Shown here: piece by piece, positions 13,053 to 26,585 of the stretch | Numbering within the stretch: the stretch's first letter is position 1 | Layout of the letters: every line of letters begins with the position of its first letter | Source of the DNA: Octopus vulgaris | Lineage: Eukaryota | Reading direction: 5' to 3' | Assembly (NCBI GenBank): GCA_951406725.2 | Contig: OX597815.1 | Coordinates: forward strand, 180,606,001-180,670,000 | Length of the DNA: 64,000 bases | Notes under the pieces: model-generated | What the model was told of the DNA's origin: nothing | Databases searched by the model: none | What the model saw: only the letters and a program-made list of their open reading frames with translations | Translations under genes and position numbers: made by a program

Positions 13053-13483
13053 GTTGCATAAATACCATGTGAAAATACCTGAAATAATATTCAAGCTTCA
13101 TGGAAGAATATAATTTATTTTTGACTAAACATATAATATGACAATGAAAAGTTATTCAACCAACAAAAGTAAGTGTAAAGGGTCTTCCCATGGGAAAAGT
13201 ATCACTTGACTAAAATTAGAATAAATAATGTTGATGGAAAACAAAAAAAACTGTTTAATGTCCGTTTTGTTTTTAATTGGAACAATGATAAAAGAAAATT
13301 ATTCAATTTCTCTGTAACAATTTTTCTATTCTAACGCACAGACTTAGACAAACGCACACATTCACCTCCCACATACACAAACACAGACAGACATACACAC
13401 AAACATACACAAACAAATACAATCATATATACACAATATTAATAATCCGCGCTTATATAAATATATATCTCTCTCTCCTTCAC

Positions 13484-13523
<40 letters not shown>

Positions 13524-13628
13524 ATAAGATAAGAAAATGGATATAATAACAATAGGAAACTCATGGTTTACGCTGGCATTTCTTTAATTAAATAGGTAAC
13601 AAAAAAGTAAGAAGCAGAGATGAGGGTA

Positions 13629-13679
13629 GCATTTACGATCGTTTCGATTTACTGGAGTAAGTAAATCTCTTCAAAATGC
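13629..13679 (-). ncRNA. Hammerhead motif, C3U variant
   Basis: GCATT-TTGAAGA-GATTTACT(TACTCC)AGTAAATC-GAAAC-GATC-GTA-AATGC; perfect stems I and II, ACGATCGT palindrome. Confidence 0.75.
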
Positions 13680-13804
13680 GAGTATAGATAGATGCATATA
13701 TATATATAGTCAATCCATGCATGAACAGGCAAGAAAAAACAGCGCGAGGACGTGGAATAAGTACAGTGTTATTGGACTTCAGTAAAGGAAAGAAAAGACA
13801 GAGG

Positions 13805-13839
13805 AATTGACGTTTCGAGTGGAGCTCTTCATCAGAAAT
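13805..13839 (-). ncRNA. Minimal hammerhead ribozyme, canonical core (family F2)
   Basis: ATTT-CTGATGA-A-GAG(CTCCA)CTC-GAAAC-GTC-AATT; stem I is partly eroded. Confidence 0.7.
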
Positions 13840-13970
13840 ATAGAAAAAGTCCAAAGAAGAGAAGACGGAGAAAGAAAATCGCTAACGATACACACGCGGA
13901 AAAGAAGAAGGAAATGGATACTGGGAAGTTAATAATTGCTTATTATAGGCAACAAACTGGTCATCTAGGT

Positions 13971-14050
13971 TTCTTACAGCCGTTTCTATTTTCTACTCAA
14001 TAAATATTAAATTTACATTTATGCGACATAAGCGTAACATCATCAGAGGA
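13971..14050 (-). ncRNA. Hammerhead motif with long domain II
   Basis: TCCT-CTGATGA-(53 nt, poorly paired)-GAAAC-GGCT-GTA-AGAA. Confidence 0.55.
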
Positions 14051-14102
14051 AAAAGATGTACCATTGGATCTATATGTGCGTTTGTGAATCCATTTTAGCA
14101 GA

Positions 14103-14161
<59 letters not shown>

Positions 14162-14479
14162 GAGAGAGGGGGGATAGAGGGAGAGAGAGAAAGAGATAAG
14201 ATATACAGTTGCATATATATAGGGATATTTTGAAATGATTAAGTACGTACGTTTCAGGTTTGCGTAGTATATATATATATATATGATCGAGGTGTAGGAA
14301 GAACGTTAGCTTCTAGCAATCCGTAGTAAATGTGAAAAACAACTTTCAGGGACAATAGTGGTCTATTGAGAAGGAAAGTTGTAGATGTTTTCTTCGTATA
14401 GAAGTACGATAAACTGAAAAAAGTCGTTTTTATATTTCGCAGTAGGCGACCAGAATTGCTGAGTGTGCGAATAAGAATA

Positions 14480-14800
14480 CAAGAGTTAAGGAATGAAGGA
14501 GATAAGATCCAGGTTACATATGATGCATAGCGAACGGAACCTCAGACGTGGTAAATATCCAAGCGAGGTGTATACCACAGGCTGCTCTTCAGGCCAAGGA
14601 TATTTTGATTAAATGAAAGTTTACATAGTTGCAAGGAGGTACATGTTAACACGTGGAAAATTCAATCATTTAATCAAGATATCCTTGGCTTGAAGAGTAG
14701 GCTACGGTATACACCTCGCTTGGATATTTACCACTTCTGACGTTCCGCTCACTATGAAACATATGTAGCCCAGATCTTATCTACTCCATTTCGTAACTCT

Positions 14801-14802
<2 letters not shown>
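14480..14802. mobile_element. Palindromic MITE with arms of about 140 bp
   Basis: CAAGAGTTA...GTGGTAAATATCCAAGCGAGGTGTATACC...GATTAAATGA is mirrored by TCATTTAATC...GGTATACACCTCGCTTGGATATTTACCAC...TAACTCTTG. Confidence 0.85.
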
Positions 14803-14836
<34 letters not shown>

Positions 14837-15245
14837 CTAGCAGCCAAACCCGGTTTCACCCGGTCTATTTGGATGATGTGGCTGTGATCGTTTTCGGTTA
14901 GACATAATCTATAACAGCGTTTGTCAACCTTATCATTTCGGGTCCACTGTTTCGATTGGAGCCTCCAGCTATATGAAAATTTCATGACCCCACCCCATCA
15001 AAAACAGCTTCTAAGCAACTGGTTGTTTTAATGGCGGAAGAAAGAGTGAAATTCCATTAGCAAAAGTTTTAATCAATTTTCTCGGTAAGTATGGGGGTTA
15101 GGAAAAAAATACAAACTGCATTCCAATCTATGCACCTCTCTCCATATATGTGCCACTTTTTATGCGAATCCACCCAGCCGTTTGACTGTGAACCACAAGA
15201 CAAGAAAGATTAAAACGATCGGTCATGTCCAATTTATATTATAGA
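14837..15245 (-). mobile_element. Non-autonomous Helitron (family H2)
   Basis: The minus strand starts TCTATAATATAAATT and ends CCGGGTGAAACCGGGTTTGGCTGCTAG; A/T insertion site. Confidence 0.75.
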
Positions 15246-15486
15246 TATATATACATGCATGTATGTATGCGTGTATTTTTGTCAGTGTTTGACCTCCCCA
15301 CAGCTTGACAAATAGTATTCGTTCATAAACGCCCGCGTAAATCGACAATAAAAGCCAATAGATAAGTACCAGACATAAATTGATAAATTCTGTGGTTGAT
15401 TTATTCCACTCAAACCCTCTTACGCTGTGCCTCATCGTGGCTGCAGTTCAAGGACGAAAACAGGCAGACGATAAAATACATACGTA

Positions 15487-15549
<63 letters not shown>

Positions 15550-15645
15550 ATAATAATGGTAGAAAATTTACAAAAATTTTCATACCGTCGTCTAGCACGC
15601 CACCAGTATGAAAGTTAATAGACAACATATTTTCATATATAACAT

Positions 15646-15941
15646 TGCATAAACAATTTAAGTATTTATACACGAAAGAGGTGACATTTGACAGGACACC
15701 TTACATGCTAGAAAGGACAGTCAAAGCGCAAACTACGGATGAAGTACAGATGGCAAATTAATTTATTTGCACATTGATACAGAAATTCGAGTTTGAGGGT
15801 AAGTATATAAATATTTTTAAAAATTTTCATTCCCTTTGAAATTGTTTATCGTGGTTTGGGCTTTGACTACCCTTTCTAGTATGTAAAGTATCCTGTCAAA
15901 GGTCACCTCTTTCGTGTATACAAACTTAAATTGTTTATACA
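15646..15941. mobile_element. MITE with inverted arms of about 90 bp
   Basis: ATAAACAATTTAAG...TATACACGAAAGAGGTGAC.TTTGACAGGA is mirrored by TCCTGTCAAAGGTCACCTCTTTCGTGTATA...CTTAAATTGTTTAT. Confidence 0.82.
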
Positions 15942-15983
15942 CTATTGTGTGTGTGTGTATATATATATATGTGTGTGTGTGTG

Positions 15984-16021
<38 letters not shown>

Positions 16022-16168
16022 TCAATTCAAATAATCAATTTAAATAAACGAATGAATGTATCGGACAGTAAGAGAACGTATGTCAGGGATGTATTAGCTT
16101 GACGCTCGTTGAAGAGAGAGATAAAAATCCAAAGCTGTGAAAGATTTCAGAACATTTATAAAGAGAAG

Positions 16169-16218
16169 GTCTTACAGCTGTTTCCGGGATGTTTTTTATA
16201 TATCCTTTCATCGGAGAC
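16169..16218 (-). ncRNA. Hammerhead motif, U4C variant (family F3)
   Basis: GTCT-CCGATGA-AAGGATAT...ACATCCCG-GAAAC-AGCT-GTA-AGAC; homologous to 44390-44440. Confidence 0.68.
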
Positions 16219-16595
16219 GGTGTGAGAAAATGGTTAAGCAATATATATCAGGAAAACTTTTCATCAACTGTAATTATTTTTGAAATTTGGGAATAAAAGC
16301 TGCTTTTATTTGGGTGACTCAAATCAATAAGAAAAACGCAAGGAAGGGAGATAATTCATACAATCTTAACTGCCAAAATTTGGGTTGTTAAAAAGATACA
16401 GTTTAGGGGGCATGTTGACAGAGTGGAAGAGGAGAAATAAATAAATAAACCAGTGTGGGAATAATACATGAGAGTGAAAGGCGGTAAAAAGGAATAACTG
16501 AAAGAAGACAAAATGAAACAAATGAAGAAAGTTAATGACATGAACAAAAACACACTCCTTTGTTTTCTCAAGTGCATTACGTTTACATATACGCA

Positions 16596-16638
<43 letters not shown>

Positions 16639-19194
16639 TTATATATGTATATGTGTGAGCATTCTTTTATAAAAACATGTCTCGTACGAAACAGTTGATA
16701 TTAAATATTGGCTTACATATGGGATAGTTAGTATGGGGTTGAACAGATACTGGTGTAATACATGAAATATTGTTGCTAGTACAAATGAAACGGTTGCTTG
16801 GTAGAATCATAAGATCGTCGAACAAATGCCTTGTGGTATTTGTCCCGGCTTCCTGTATTCTGTGTTCAAATCCTGCTGAAGCTAACTCTGCCTTTCATAC
16901 TTCCAGGTCGAGAAAATAAAATACCTGTTGAATATTGAAACAGAATTCTTTCTTTCTTTTTCTCGCTCTAAGAACCGACCACTTATATTTTTCAAGACAA
17001 GCACTTTAATTCTAATGCAGCGGAAGAATGCAGCCGCCGAGGCGCGGGGAGAAGCTAACACTTCGTGGTGATGAGCCTATTTCCGCTGATAGCAGTACAG
17101 TAACTATATTCTCTTTTATCGACCTCGGAGGAAATGGAAGACAGAGTCGGCAGTGTTCTGAACTCAAATTGTAGACTGAAAACTTTCTTTTAAATATCTT
17201 CATTTTGTATTTCTTTTTATACCTAAGCTCGTATTTGTTTTTGTACCTAGGTTTGTTTCTAGGAATATCATATCGATACGAGCCCCTGACTGGTTCTTTA
17301 TTTTCTCGAACTTACGGGAAAACGGAAGGCAACGTTGAATACAGAACCTAACTAAATACAAAAGACATTTTGTCTTGTGTCCAAATGATTCTGTCAATAG
17401 CAACAGATTAGTGGTTAAGAGCGCGGGCTACTAACCCCAAGATTCCAAGTTCGATTCCAGGCAGTAATCTGTATAATAATAAAAGCGGCGAGATGGCAGA
17501 TACGTTAGCACGCCGGGCGAAATGCTTAACAGTATTTCGTCTGTCGCTACGATCTGGGTTCAAATTCCGCCGAGGTCGACTTTGCCTTTCATCCTTTCGG
17601 GGTCGATTAAATAAGTACCAGTTATACACTGGCGTCGATATAATCGACTTAATCCTTTTGTCTGTCCTTGTTTGTCCCCTCTGTGTGTAGCCCTTTGTGG
17701 GCAACAAAGAAATAAGATTGACAGACTTACGACCAAATACATTCTAACCATGATTCACCTCATTCAAATAGTGTATCCAGGGCATCATCATTCTAGATGT
17801 TCTTTCATAAGACAATAAGATGAGAATTGTGAGAGATTTCACTGCTATTTCTAGCCAATCCAACGATCAACGAGAAGCCATGTTTGTTGGCTTGACATTA
17901 TTTTTTTTATCAAATTTTAGTCTCGCTGTCTGCTGTGGTATAGATGTTTATTTACTACACGGTAAATAAATATTACTAAACCGAGGAAGGACTGACAAAA
18001 CTGCTGGCCTCCTGGATTTTATTTGACAGCGATAACATTTCTAAACGACTTTAAACATAGTGATAATAATTATTGGTGTCAATTTAAATAAATAAATAAA
18101 TCCAGAGCACCTGCTTCGTTAACATGTCAGGTTATACAGTGAGTTCAATGTTCGTATGTATTCAACGCCCTTAAAGCACCTATCGTCCTCAGGGGGATAT
18201 TGTACAATAGTGGTTAACTCTTTTTATGAAGCGGTGAACCATTTTGCTTTCCAGTGAATAGCCAGTATTTGTATTTTCATTTTTATATAGCTGAATAGCC
18301 ATTTGTAAATCGACTTTTTAAAGACACTGTAAATAGTTGATAATAGTTGTGTATAATCTTTTATTCTCTCATTTCCTTCTCATTTTCTATACTTTTAAAG
18401 AATTTTATTTTAGTTTCAATAGCTTTCGTCTGTTTAATACCTCTATCTTAACTTTATAAAGGTGGGGGGGGGGTGTACTTCCGATATGTTTTTAAAAGGA
18501 GCAGTTAAAGAAAATAGACAGAAAATCCATTCAAATTTTATATAAATAAAGATTTAAATGTCATTGAACCACACGTCCGTAATAAGAATAAAAAAAGCAG
18601 TGCCTGGCGCTCCTTTCGGTCAAACAGGCACCAGTTGAATATTTCGACTCATATATATTGTAACACGGATAAAATTAGACTGACACTACTCATGATCGCA
18701 CGAAGAGACATTCGTGAAAGAGTTTGAACCAAGCTCGGCAAATTAAGAAATAGTTTTCTAATGAGCTAATGAGGAAGTCGTTATGCGATCATTGTCTCAG
18801 CCAAAAACAAAAGGCGTGTGTTCCTCAGATGACAGCCTACTAAAATAAAAGAAAGCGATCATTGGACAATATAGTTCCTGATACACAAGACGATGGATTG
18901 GTCACGGTTGGAACACATTTCATCATAGATCTACTCAATCAGGGCTTACATAGATCTGCGCAATCAGGGCGGAGTAGATGAAACAGGGACAACTGATGAA
19001 GGGAATGTTCTTTATGTTTGATATCTCGGTTCTCTGTTTTTTCGTTGTTCGAAAAAAAGTTCGTTTTTTATGTTTTTGTTTTTATGTTTTCGTATCTCAT
19101 TGTGTCTACATTTTTTTGATGTCATGTACCCATATATGCAAGTATATATACATATATATGTAGGTTTTTTCTCTCCTTGTTTCTTTCTGTGTTC

Positions 19195-19230
19195 CTTTCT
19201 GTGGAAGAGCGTAGGCTCGAAACGTTAAAA
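19195..19230 (+). ncRNA. Hammerhead-like motif, A6U variant (family F1)
   Basis: CTTT-CTGTGGA-A-GAGC(GTAG)GCTC-GAAAC-GTT-AAAA. Confidence 0.58.
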
Positions 19231-19739
19231 ACTTTTTCAATTCCTGAGCGTTATAGTAATACATCTGTTTGTTTTCTACACCACCTGTCTTCGTCTTTTG
19301 TTTTTTTTCGTGAATTCTCCCCCTATATATACATATATATAAGACGGGCTTCTTTCGGTTTCCGTCTACCAAATCCACTCGAAAGGCTTTGGTCGGCCCG
19401 AGACTATAGTAGAAGACACTTGCCCAAGGTGCCACGCGGTGGGACTGAACCTGGAACCATGTGGCTGGTAAGCAAGCTACTTACCACACAGCCACTCCTA
19501 TTCTTAAAAAACTATACAGCGCCGTTGCCATGCAAGATATTCTATCTCTGCACTATTTACAACGAGATTGACTAACGTATCTGAAGTTTCCAATAAAACC
19601 TGTAATACACCCATTTTTTTGCCAAAATCATGAAAATTCTGTTCGCGAATAATAAACTGCATTTAACCGCAAAGCTTTCTTTCACTCACTTTTTAAGAAA
19701 AATGGTTTTAATATAATAAAATCTTGGAATTTTATAATA

Positions 19740-19925
19740 CAGGCTGTCTCCGCAGTGAATTCGTTTCATCCTGCGCATACGCAATTTGGCTATCACTGCG
19801 TGGGTGGCCAGGTGTCATCACTGTCTCTCAGTCATTGTGTACCCTGCAGCGTGTTGACATGCTAATCATTGAAGAACGTACGTTTTGAGTTGAATGGGTG
19901 TTTTTAGTCGAACGGGTGACCTCAG
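19740..19925 (+). mobile_element. Possible 5' end relic of a Tc1/mariner (DUF4817-like) element
   Basis: TA|CAGGCTGTCT TIR-like start, then ATG..MLIIEERTF*VEWVF, resembling a DUF4817 HTH N-terminus. Confidence 0.4.
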
Positions 19926-19929
19926 CAGA

Positions 19930-20350
<421 letters not shown>

Positions 20351-20897
20351 TAACGGGAAGGAAGAGCCATTTTTATCGTACTTGTGGCTATGGTGAAAGG
20401 ATGTGTATGGCGCGCGTCTGAAAGGCCTAGAGACAAACACTTTCCTCCCTGGTCAATCTCTCAACTTCATCAAGTATCACTTGAAAAGGAAGGTGAGAGT
20501 AGAGAGGCAAGTTTTGTTTAGCGAATGTTTCACTAAAAGATGGGTGAATGTAGCAAGGATGGTACGTGTGAATGACGGAGCCACCTTGAGCATAATCCTA
20601 TGAACCCGGAAAAAGAAAGAAAACAAAAAGAATGTCATTTACTGTAATGTGTTTTTGTAAGACATTATTGGCCGAGGTTACCATGGTCTTTTCCGTAGGC
20701 TTTTCTTTCCACGGATAAACCTAATCTGTTTTTCTTTTTTGTAATATTTACAACATTTTCTGTGATATACGATCCCTTTCGATCGACGTATTTTTTCTTC
20801 ACGATCCCTATTGATCGAATTTTTCTTTTGAAAAAGAAAAGCTCTACATTGTATTTTGTCCTTTCTGTGTTCGGCCCTGTGTGGCTAATAAAGAAAC
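20351..20897 (+). mobile_element. 5'-truncated Tx1/L1-like LINE 3' end in a (TATC)n array
   Basis: ORF2-like C-terminus ([14 protein letters not shown] / RLKG...IKYHLKRKVRVERQVLFSECFTKRWV...IL*, stop at 20603), then a T-rich 3'UTR, AATAAA at 20887 and ATATCTATCT. The left flank is a (TCTA)n array. Confidence 0.7.
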
Positions 20898-21754
20898 ATA
20901 TCTATCTTAATATTTATATCTATGTCAAGTTTCATAAAAAGAGAACAGTTTAACATTAAACCGAAGGATTTCGCGAGATTTTTAGTTAGTGTGCATAGTT
21001 TTTAAACTTTTGCAAGGAAAATGTCAATAGCGACTTCGAAGTTTCGTAATGCTTGCCTTCATCAAACCATCTGATAAAGATGATGATGATGATGATGATG
21101 ATGTGTGCGTGTGTGTTTGCGTGTGTGCGTATGTGTGTGTGCGCGTGCGCTTCTGTTTACAAGCGAAAACCTCTCAATACATAAAGAAGAACGTGTATAT
21201 TACTTGAAGCAAAAAGCTTCTTGAGGACTAACTTTGGCACTTGCGGTGTCAACATTATCCTGACCATTCGGGCGGCGAACTGTAAGAAGCGTTAGAGCAC
21301 CGGACGAAATGCTTAGTGGCATTTTGTCCGTCTTTACGTGCTGATTTCAAATTCCGCCGAGGTCTACTTTGCCTTTCGTCCTTTCGGGATCGATAAAATA
21401 AGTACCAGTGGAGCACTGAGGTCGATGTAAATAACTTGCCTCGTCCCCGGAACTTGCTGGCCTTGTGCTAAAATTTGAAACCAATTCTATCCCGACCACT
21501 AAGTAATTGGCAACACGAAATTCAAGAGTACGTTTCGTGAAGTTAAGGAGATTTCAATCTTTTAATTATTAAAAAAAAATCTTTAATAAAGCGTAGGATT
21601 GGCTGTGTGGTAACTAGCTTGTTTATCAACCACATGGTTCCGGGTTCAGTCCCACTGCGTGACACCTTGGGCAAGCGTCTTCTACTATAGCCTCGGGCCG
21701 ACCAAAGCCTTGTGAGTGGATTTGGTAGACGGAAACTGAAAGAAGCCCGTCGTA

Positions 21755-21847
<93 letters not shown>

Positions 21848-22253
21848 CCCCACTATCATTTGGCAAACGAGCCCGATAGAATAAGTACTAGGCTTACAAA
21901 GAATAAGTCCTGGGGTCGATTCGTCCGAAACAAATAAAAGAATAAAAAGAAAATATATAGATGTGTTGGCGTGTGTGTTTGCGTTGTGTTTGTCCCTACC
22001 ACCGTTTGACAACCGGTGTTGGTTTCTTTGTGTCCATGTACAAGAGACCGATAGGATAAGTACCAAACTTTATAAACGTAAGTACTGGGGTAGACTTGTT
22101 CGACTAAATCCGTCAAGGCGGCGCCCCAGGATGGTCACTGTCTAATGAATGAAACAAGCTAAGAGATGTCTATGTGCTTATGTATGTGTATGAGTGTATA
22201 TCCGTTTCTGTATATTTGTCTAAATGTTCCAATGTGACGTTACAGATTTGATA

Positions 22254-22470
22254 CTCTTTTTACTCTTTACTCTTTTACTTGTTTCAGTCATTTGACTGCG
22301 GCCATGCTGGAGCACCGCCTTTAGTCGAGCAAATCGACCCCGGGACTTATTCTTTGTAAGCCCGGTACTTATTCCATCGGTCTCTTTTGCCGAACCGCTA
22401 CGTGACGGGGACGTAAACACACCAGCATCGGTTGTCAAGCAATGCTAGGGGGACAAACACAGACACACAA

Positions 22471-22521
<51 letters not shown>

Positions 22522-22668
22522 TACGACAGGCTTCTTTCAGTTTCCGTCTACCAAATCCACTCACAAGGCATTGGTCGGCCCGGAGCTATAGCAGAAGACA
22601 CTTGCCCAAGATGCCACGCAGTGGGACTGAACCCGGAACCATGTGGTTGGTTAGCAAGCTACTTACCA
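22254..22668 (-). mobile_element. SINE family A copy (little diverged)
   Basis: Tail (AAAGAGT)n, internal (CA)n(TA)n tract and head all present. Confidence 0.92.
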
Positions 22669-23176
22669 CTATTCATATCAATTTTATATTTCTTTCAGAA
22701 AAAAACATGAAGAGTCTTGGAAATATTTTCTAATGTGATGCTGACTTACATGATAACAAGTCTTAAAATAAATCATTCGTTCCGTGTTATTGTCGTCTCA
22801 TGCGAAATGGAGTGATTATAATCAACATTAATCACAGAGAGTGGTTAATGCGAGATACATGGGAATTGCTGTAAACGTGGGAAATATTACTTTATGAAAG
22901 ATTACTGTATTAAGAATAGAAAATCATACATAAAAGAAATATATACAGGGTGTCACGCAATGTAGTATACAGCTAATAGTATGTTGGTGTTTGATACTAT
23001 AAATAATTTCGTATGAGCACCATAGAACATTGTTAAAACTCCTGGCGAGTCGGATCTGCTGCTTCGCTTAACACACATTTGACTTTATTCCTCATTTATA
23101 CGATATCAAAATAATGAATAAAGTAGTGAGCTTTACTTGATTGATTTGACCTTGATGGGCAGATTTTATGTAGTAA

Positions 23177-23629
23177 CCCTTTTGTTACCAACTCGGCTGA
23201 AACCGCCACTGGCTCTGTAGTATAAATGTCTTGTTTTCATAAATTCTGAATTAAAATCTCCCATCAAACCTTAGTCACAATTTATGTTCCTAACACCAGC
23301 TTAATTATAACTAAGTTATTTTACTAAATTCTTTGTTATATCTAAAATTAATTGAAAGAAACACAGAACATCTCAAAATAAATATGGTAAGAAAAGGGTT
23401 AAAATATATAATAGAGACAAAATTCTTAACCCTTTTGATACTAACCTGACTGAAACCGGTTCTGGCTCTATTGTACAAATGTCTTGTTTTCATAAGTTCT
23501 GAATTAAAATCTTCTACCAAACCTTATTCACAATTTATGTTCCAAACGCTAGCTGAATGATAACTAAGTTATTTTACTAAATTCTTTGTTATATTTAAAA
23601 TTAATTGAAAGAAACACGGAGCATCTCAA
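23177..23629 (+). mobile_element. piggyBac-type MITE (23177-23398) plus a tandem 3'-truncated second copy (23430-about 23629)
   Basis: Termini CCCTTTT...AAAAGGG followed by TTAA. The second copy starts TTAA|CCCTTTT and shares about 200 bp. Confidence 0.8.
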
Positions 23630-23793
23630 CAGAAGAAATATGGGGGAAGGACTGTTTCAAAGTAGTTGTGGCCTGCCCTTACTTTCGAAACACGCAATAA
23701 GTCGAAACATGGGCAGCTGAAGAAGGGGAATGTTAAAAAAAGTCCGTTTCCTTGTTTTGTTTCGAGTATATACATATTGATGTTGGTATGTAC

Positions 23794-23826
<33 letters not shown>

Positions 23827-25682
23827 TGTATGCATATGTTTTATTTATTAAATTGTTATTATATATATATATATATACGACGGGCTTCTTTCAGTTTCCG
23901 CCTTCCAAATCCACTCACAAAACTGTGGTCGACCCGAGGCTATAGTAGAAGACATTTGCCCAAGATGCCACGTAGCGGGTCTGAACTCAGAACAATGTGG
24001 TTGAGAAGCAAGCTTCTTACCACACAGCCACTCCTGCGCCTAGTGCAGAAGTATATCAGATTTTTTGCACATAAATCTTAACACCAAAATCTTGTATGAA
24101 CCCTGTAAGGGTCATAGGGATGCCAAGGGCCATATAGACCCCGGTTGAGAACCACTGAACTAGACAATGTTGCTCTCGTTATCCTTAAATAGACAGGGTG
24201 ATCACGGTTGGCTTGTCGATCAGAATTGGTCTTGAGTTGATTATACCATCATTAACAATGTAGTAAAGACAGTAAAGGGACGTGTACAGGGATGCTTGAC
24301 CGGTAGAAGTAGCAGCCAAATGACATCCCTTACTGTTTGGGGAAAAGAAATGATGTATTAGGTAATGTGATCCTAGCAAAGATGGGCCCCGTTAATCAAA
24401 AAGTTGACTTCGCTAACCCGTTAACCAAGAAGTTAACTTCGATTAACCATTGATCAGTTAATTATTTCCTAATGTAACGGAAGTTTTCGATAAAGCGTTA
24501 ATGTTAATTTTTATTATAGAAAAAAATCAGTTTTTGCTTTAAAATCACCTAAAAACACTTTTAAAAATTGCCAAAACTATAAAATCCGTTGACTTCAATT
24601 GAAGATATCGGAAGTTAACACAAGTTGACTTGAGACCGATAGAATAAGTACTGGGCTTACAAAGAATAAGTCCCGGGGTCGATTTGCTCGACCAAAGGCG
24701 ATGCTCCAGCATGGCCGCAGTCAAATGATTGAAACAAGTAAAAGAGAAAAGAGAAAGAGAGAAAAGTCATTTGGAATATATGACTTTCGTTAAGCGTTCA
24801 ACTCTTATGAAAAATACATCGACAACAACCAAGATTAACAACAACTCCATCGACAGACACATGAACAAAATACGAGGGACAGTTCCATCGATTATATCAG
24901 TCTGTAAAGAGAATTACAACAAAAAAGATTTACAAGCTTTTGAGAAACTAAACTGAAGATTTCTTATTTCTTTACTACCCACAAGGGGCTAAACAGAGAG
25001 GGGACAAATAAGGACAGACCAAGGGATTCAGTCGATTATATCGACCCCAGTGCGTAACTGCTACTTATTTAATCGACCCCGAAAGGATGAAAGGCAAAGT
25101 CTACATCGGCGAAATTTGAACAAGGACAGACAAACTCAGAACGTAGCGACGGGCGAAATACTGCTAAGCATTTCGTCCGGCGTGCTAACGTTTCTGCCAG
25201 CTCGCCGCCTTTACTAAACTGAAGTTTTCTATTGCTACAATGACACACAAAGCTTTCCATGCGATTTATTTCGTTGGCTTCGAAAATCCGGATTTATAGA
25301 ATTCAAGTTGCTAAATTTAACCAGATGATTAAATGCCGTCTTAGAGTCGTACTACATACATACTTTCTGATAAAAAATTTCAACTGGGTCATTTAGTTTG
25401 TTGCACAACATTTACGTAATATATCGTGGATGTCTTACATATGGTTAAATAGTCGATGACATTTCTCTCAGTGCTTTTTTCTCCCTTTTTTTTTGTTGTT
25501 GTCTATTGCTTATTTTAAATACCATTCAGAAAAAGTCGTGGAAAGATACTATCAGCCTACATGGAGGCAAGTATTGTAACCCGTTGTTTTAACCCCAGGT
25601 CATCCCTGCTCCAGTTGACCTATGCTCGAAAGTATTCACCCATGATCACTCAGTCATATTTTTAAGATAGCGTATTCTAGGC

Positions 25683-26281
25683 CAGTGCTCCCCAAACTAT
25701 CTGATGTGGTGTACCGGCAGTTTTTTTTGTCCCACTGTGCCAAGGGCCGGTAATATTTCTTAGTAATATTTATTGATACCAGAAACAATATATATAATGA
25801 ATATAATAAAAGTTGACAATTTTTTTAATCTTATACAATATTACATAGTGGAGGCGCAATGACCCAGTGGTTCGGGCAGCGGACTCGCGGTTTCGATTCC
25901 CAGACCGGGCGTTGTGTGTGTTTATTGAGCGAAAACACTTAAAGCTCCACGATGCTCCGGCAAGGGAATGGGGTGGCGACCCCTGTTGTACTCTTTCGCT
26001 CCAACTTTCTCTCACTCTCTCTTCCTGTTTCTTGGGTAACGCTGCGATGGACTGGCGTTCCGTGCAGCTGGGCGGGGGAGGGAAGGACACATACGTCACA
26101 GAAACCGGGAAACCGGGCCCATGAGCCTGGTTAGGCTTGAAAAGGGCGCGCATAAATAAAAACAAAAAAATTATATAAGCATTTTATAATGTTTCTTTCC
26201 TTTCTGAAACTCGCCACGTACCGGCAGCTGATGGCTCGCAGACCGGTACCCGTCCGCGGATTACAACTTTGTGTAGCAGTG
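25683..26281. mobile_element. hAT (Charlie-like) MITE interrupted by a SINE
   Basis: Termini CAGTGCTCCCCAAAC ... TTTGTGTAGCAGTG with a perfect 8-bp TSD TTCTAGGC (25675-25682, 26282-26289). Confidence 0.85.
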
Positions 26282-26339
26282 TTCTAGGCTACATTATAAT
26301 TTGACTGCAGTTTCTAGCACGTTTGGCGAACATGTGAAG

Positions 26340-26585
26340 CAGTGGTTCGCAACCAATTTTTTTATCTATCGATCCCTTTGATTTCTATTTTGCTCGGTGG
26401 GCGGGGGGGCTTATAGCCATTTAATGTCTAAAAACTTCTATTGTGTTTTTTATGATTAAATATTATTTTTAGGAATTTATGAAAAATTGCTTGAATATCC
26501 TTATCAATTATAGAAGTGCAACCGGATTATTGTACATAAATTTTCACGTCAAAATCTTAAATGGACCCCCGGTTGAGAAGCGAGG
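26340..26585. mobile_element. hAT-type MITE; a related 3' half lies at about 24045-24157
   Basis: CAGTGGTTCGCAACC ... GACCCCCGGTTGAGAAGC. The other copy ends GACCCCGGTTGAGAACCACTG. Confidence 0.65.

Noticed and set aside
18985-19140. CTGATGA at 18993 (similarly at 11053 and 61616)
   Set aside because: No correctly placed GAAA, NUH or stem I follows. At most these are pLTR-like fragments.
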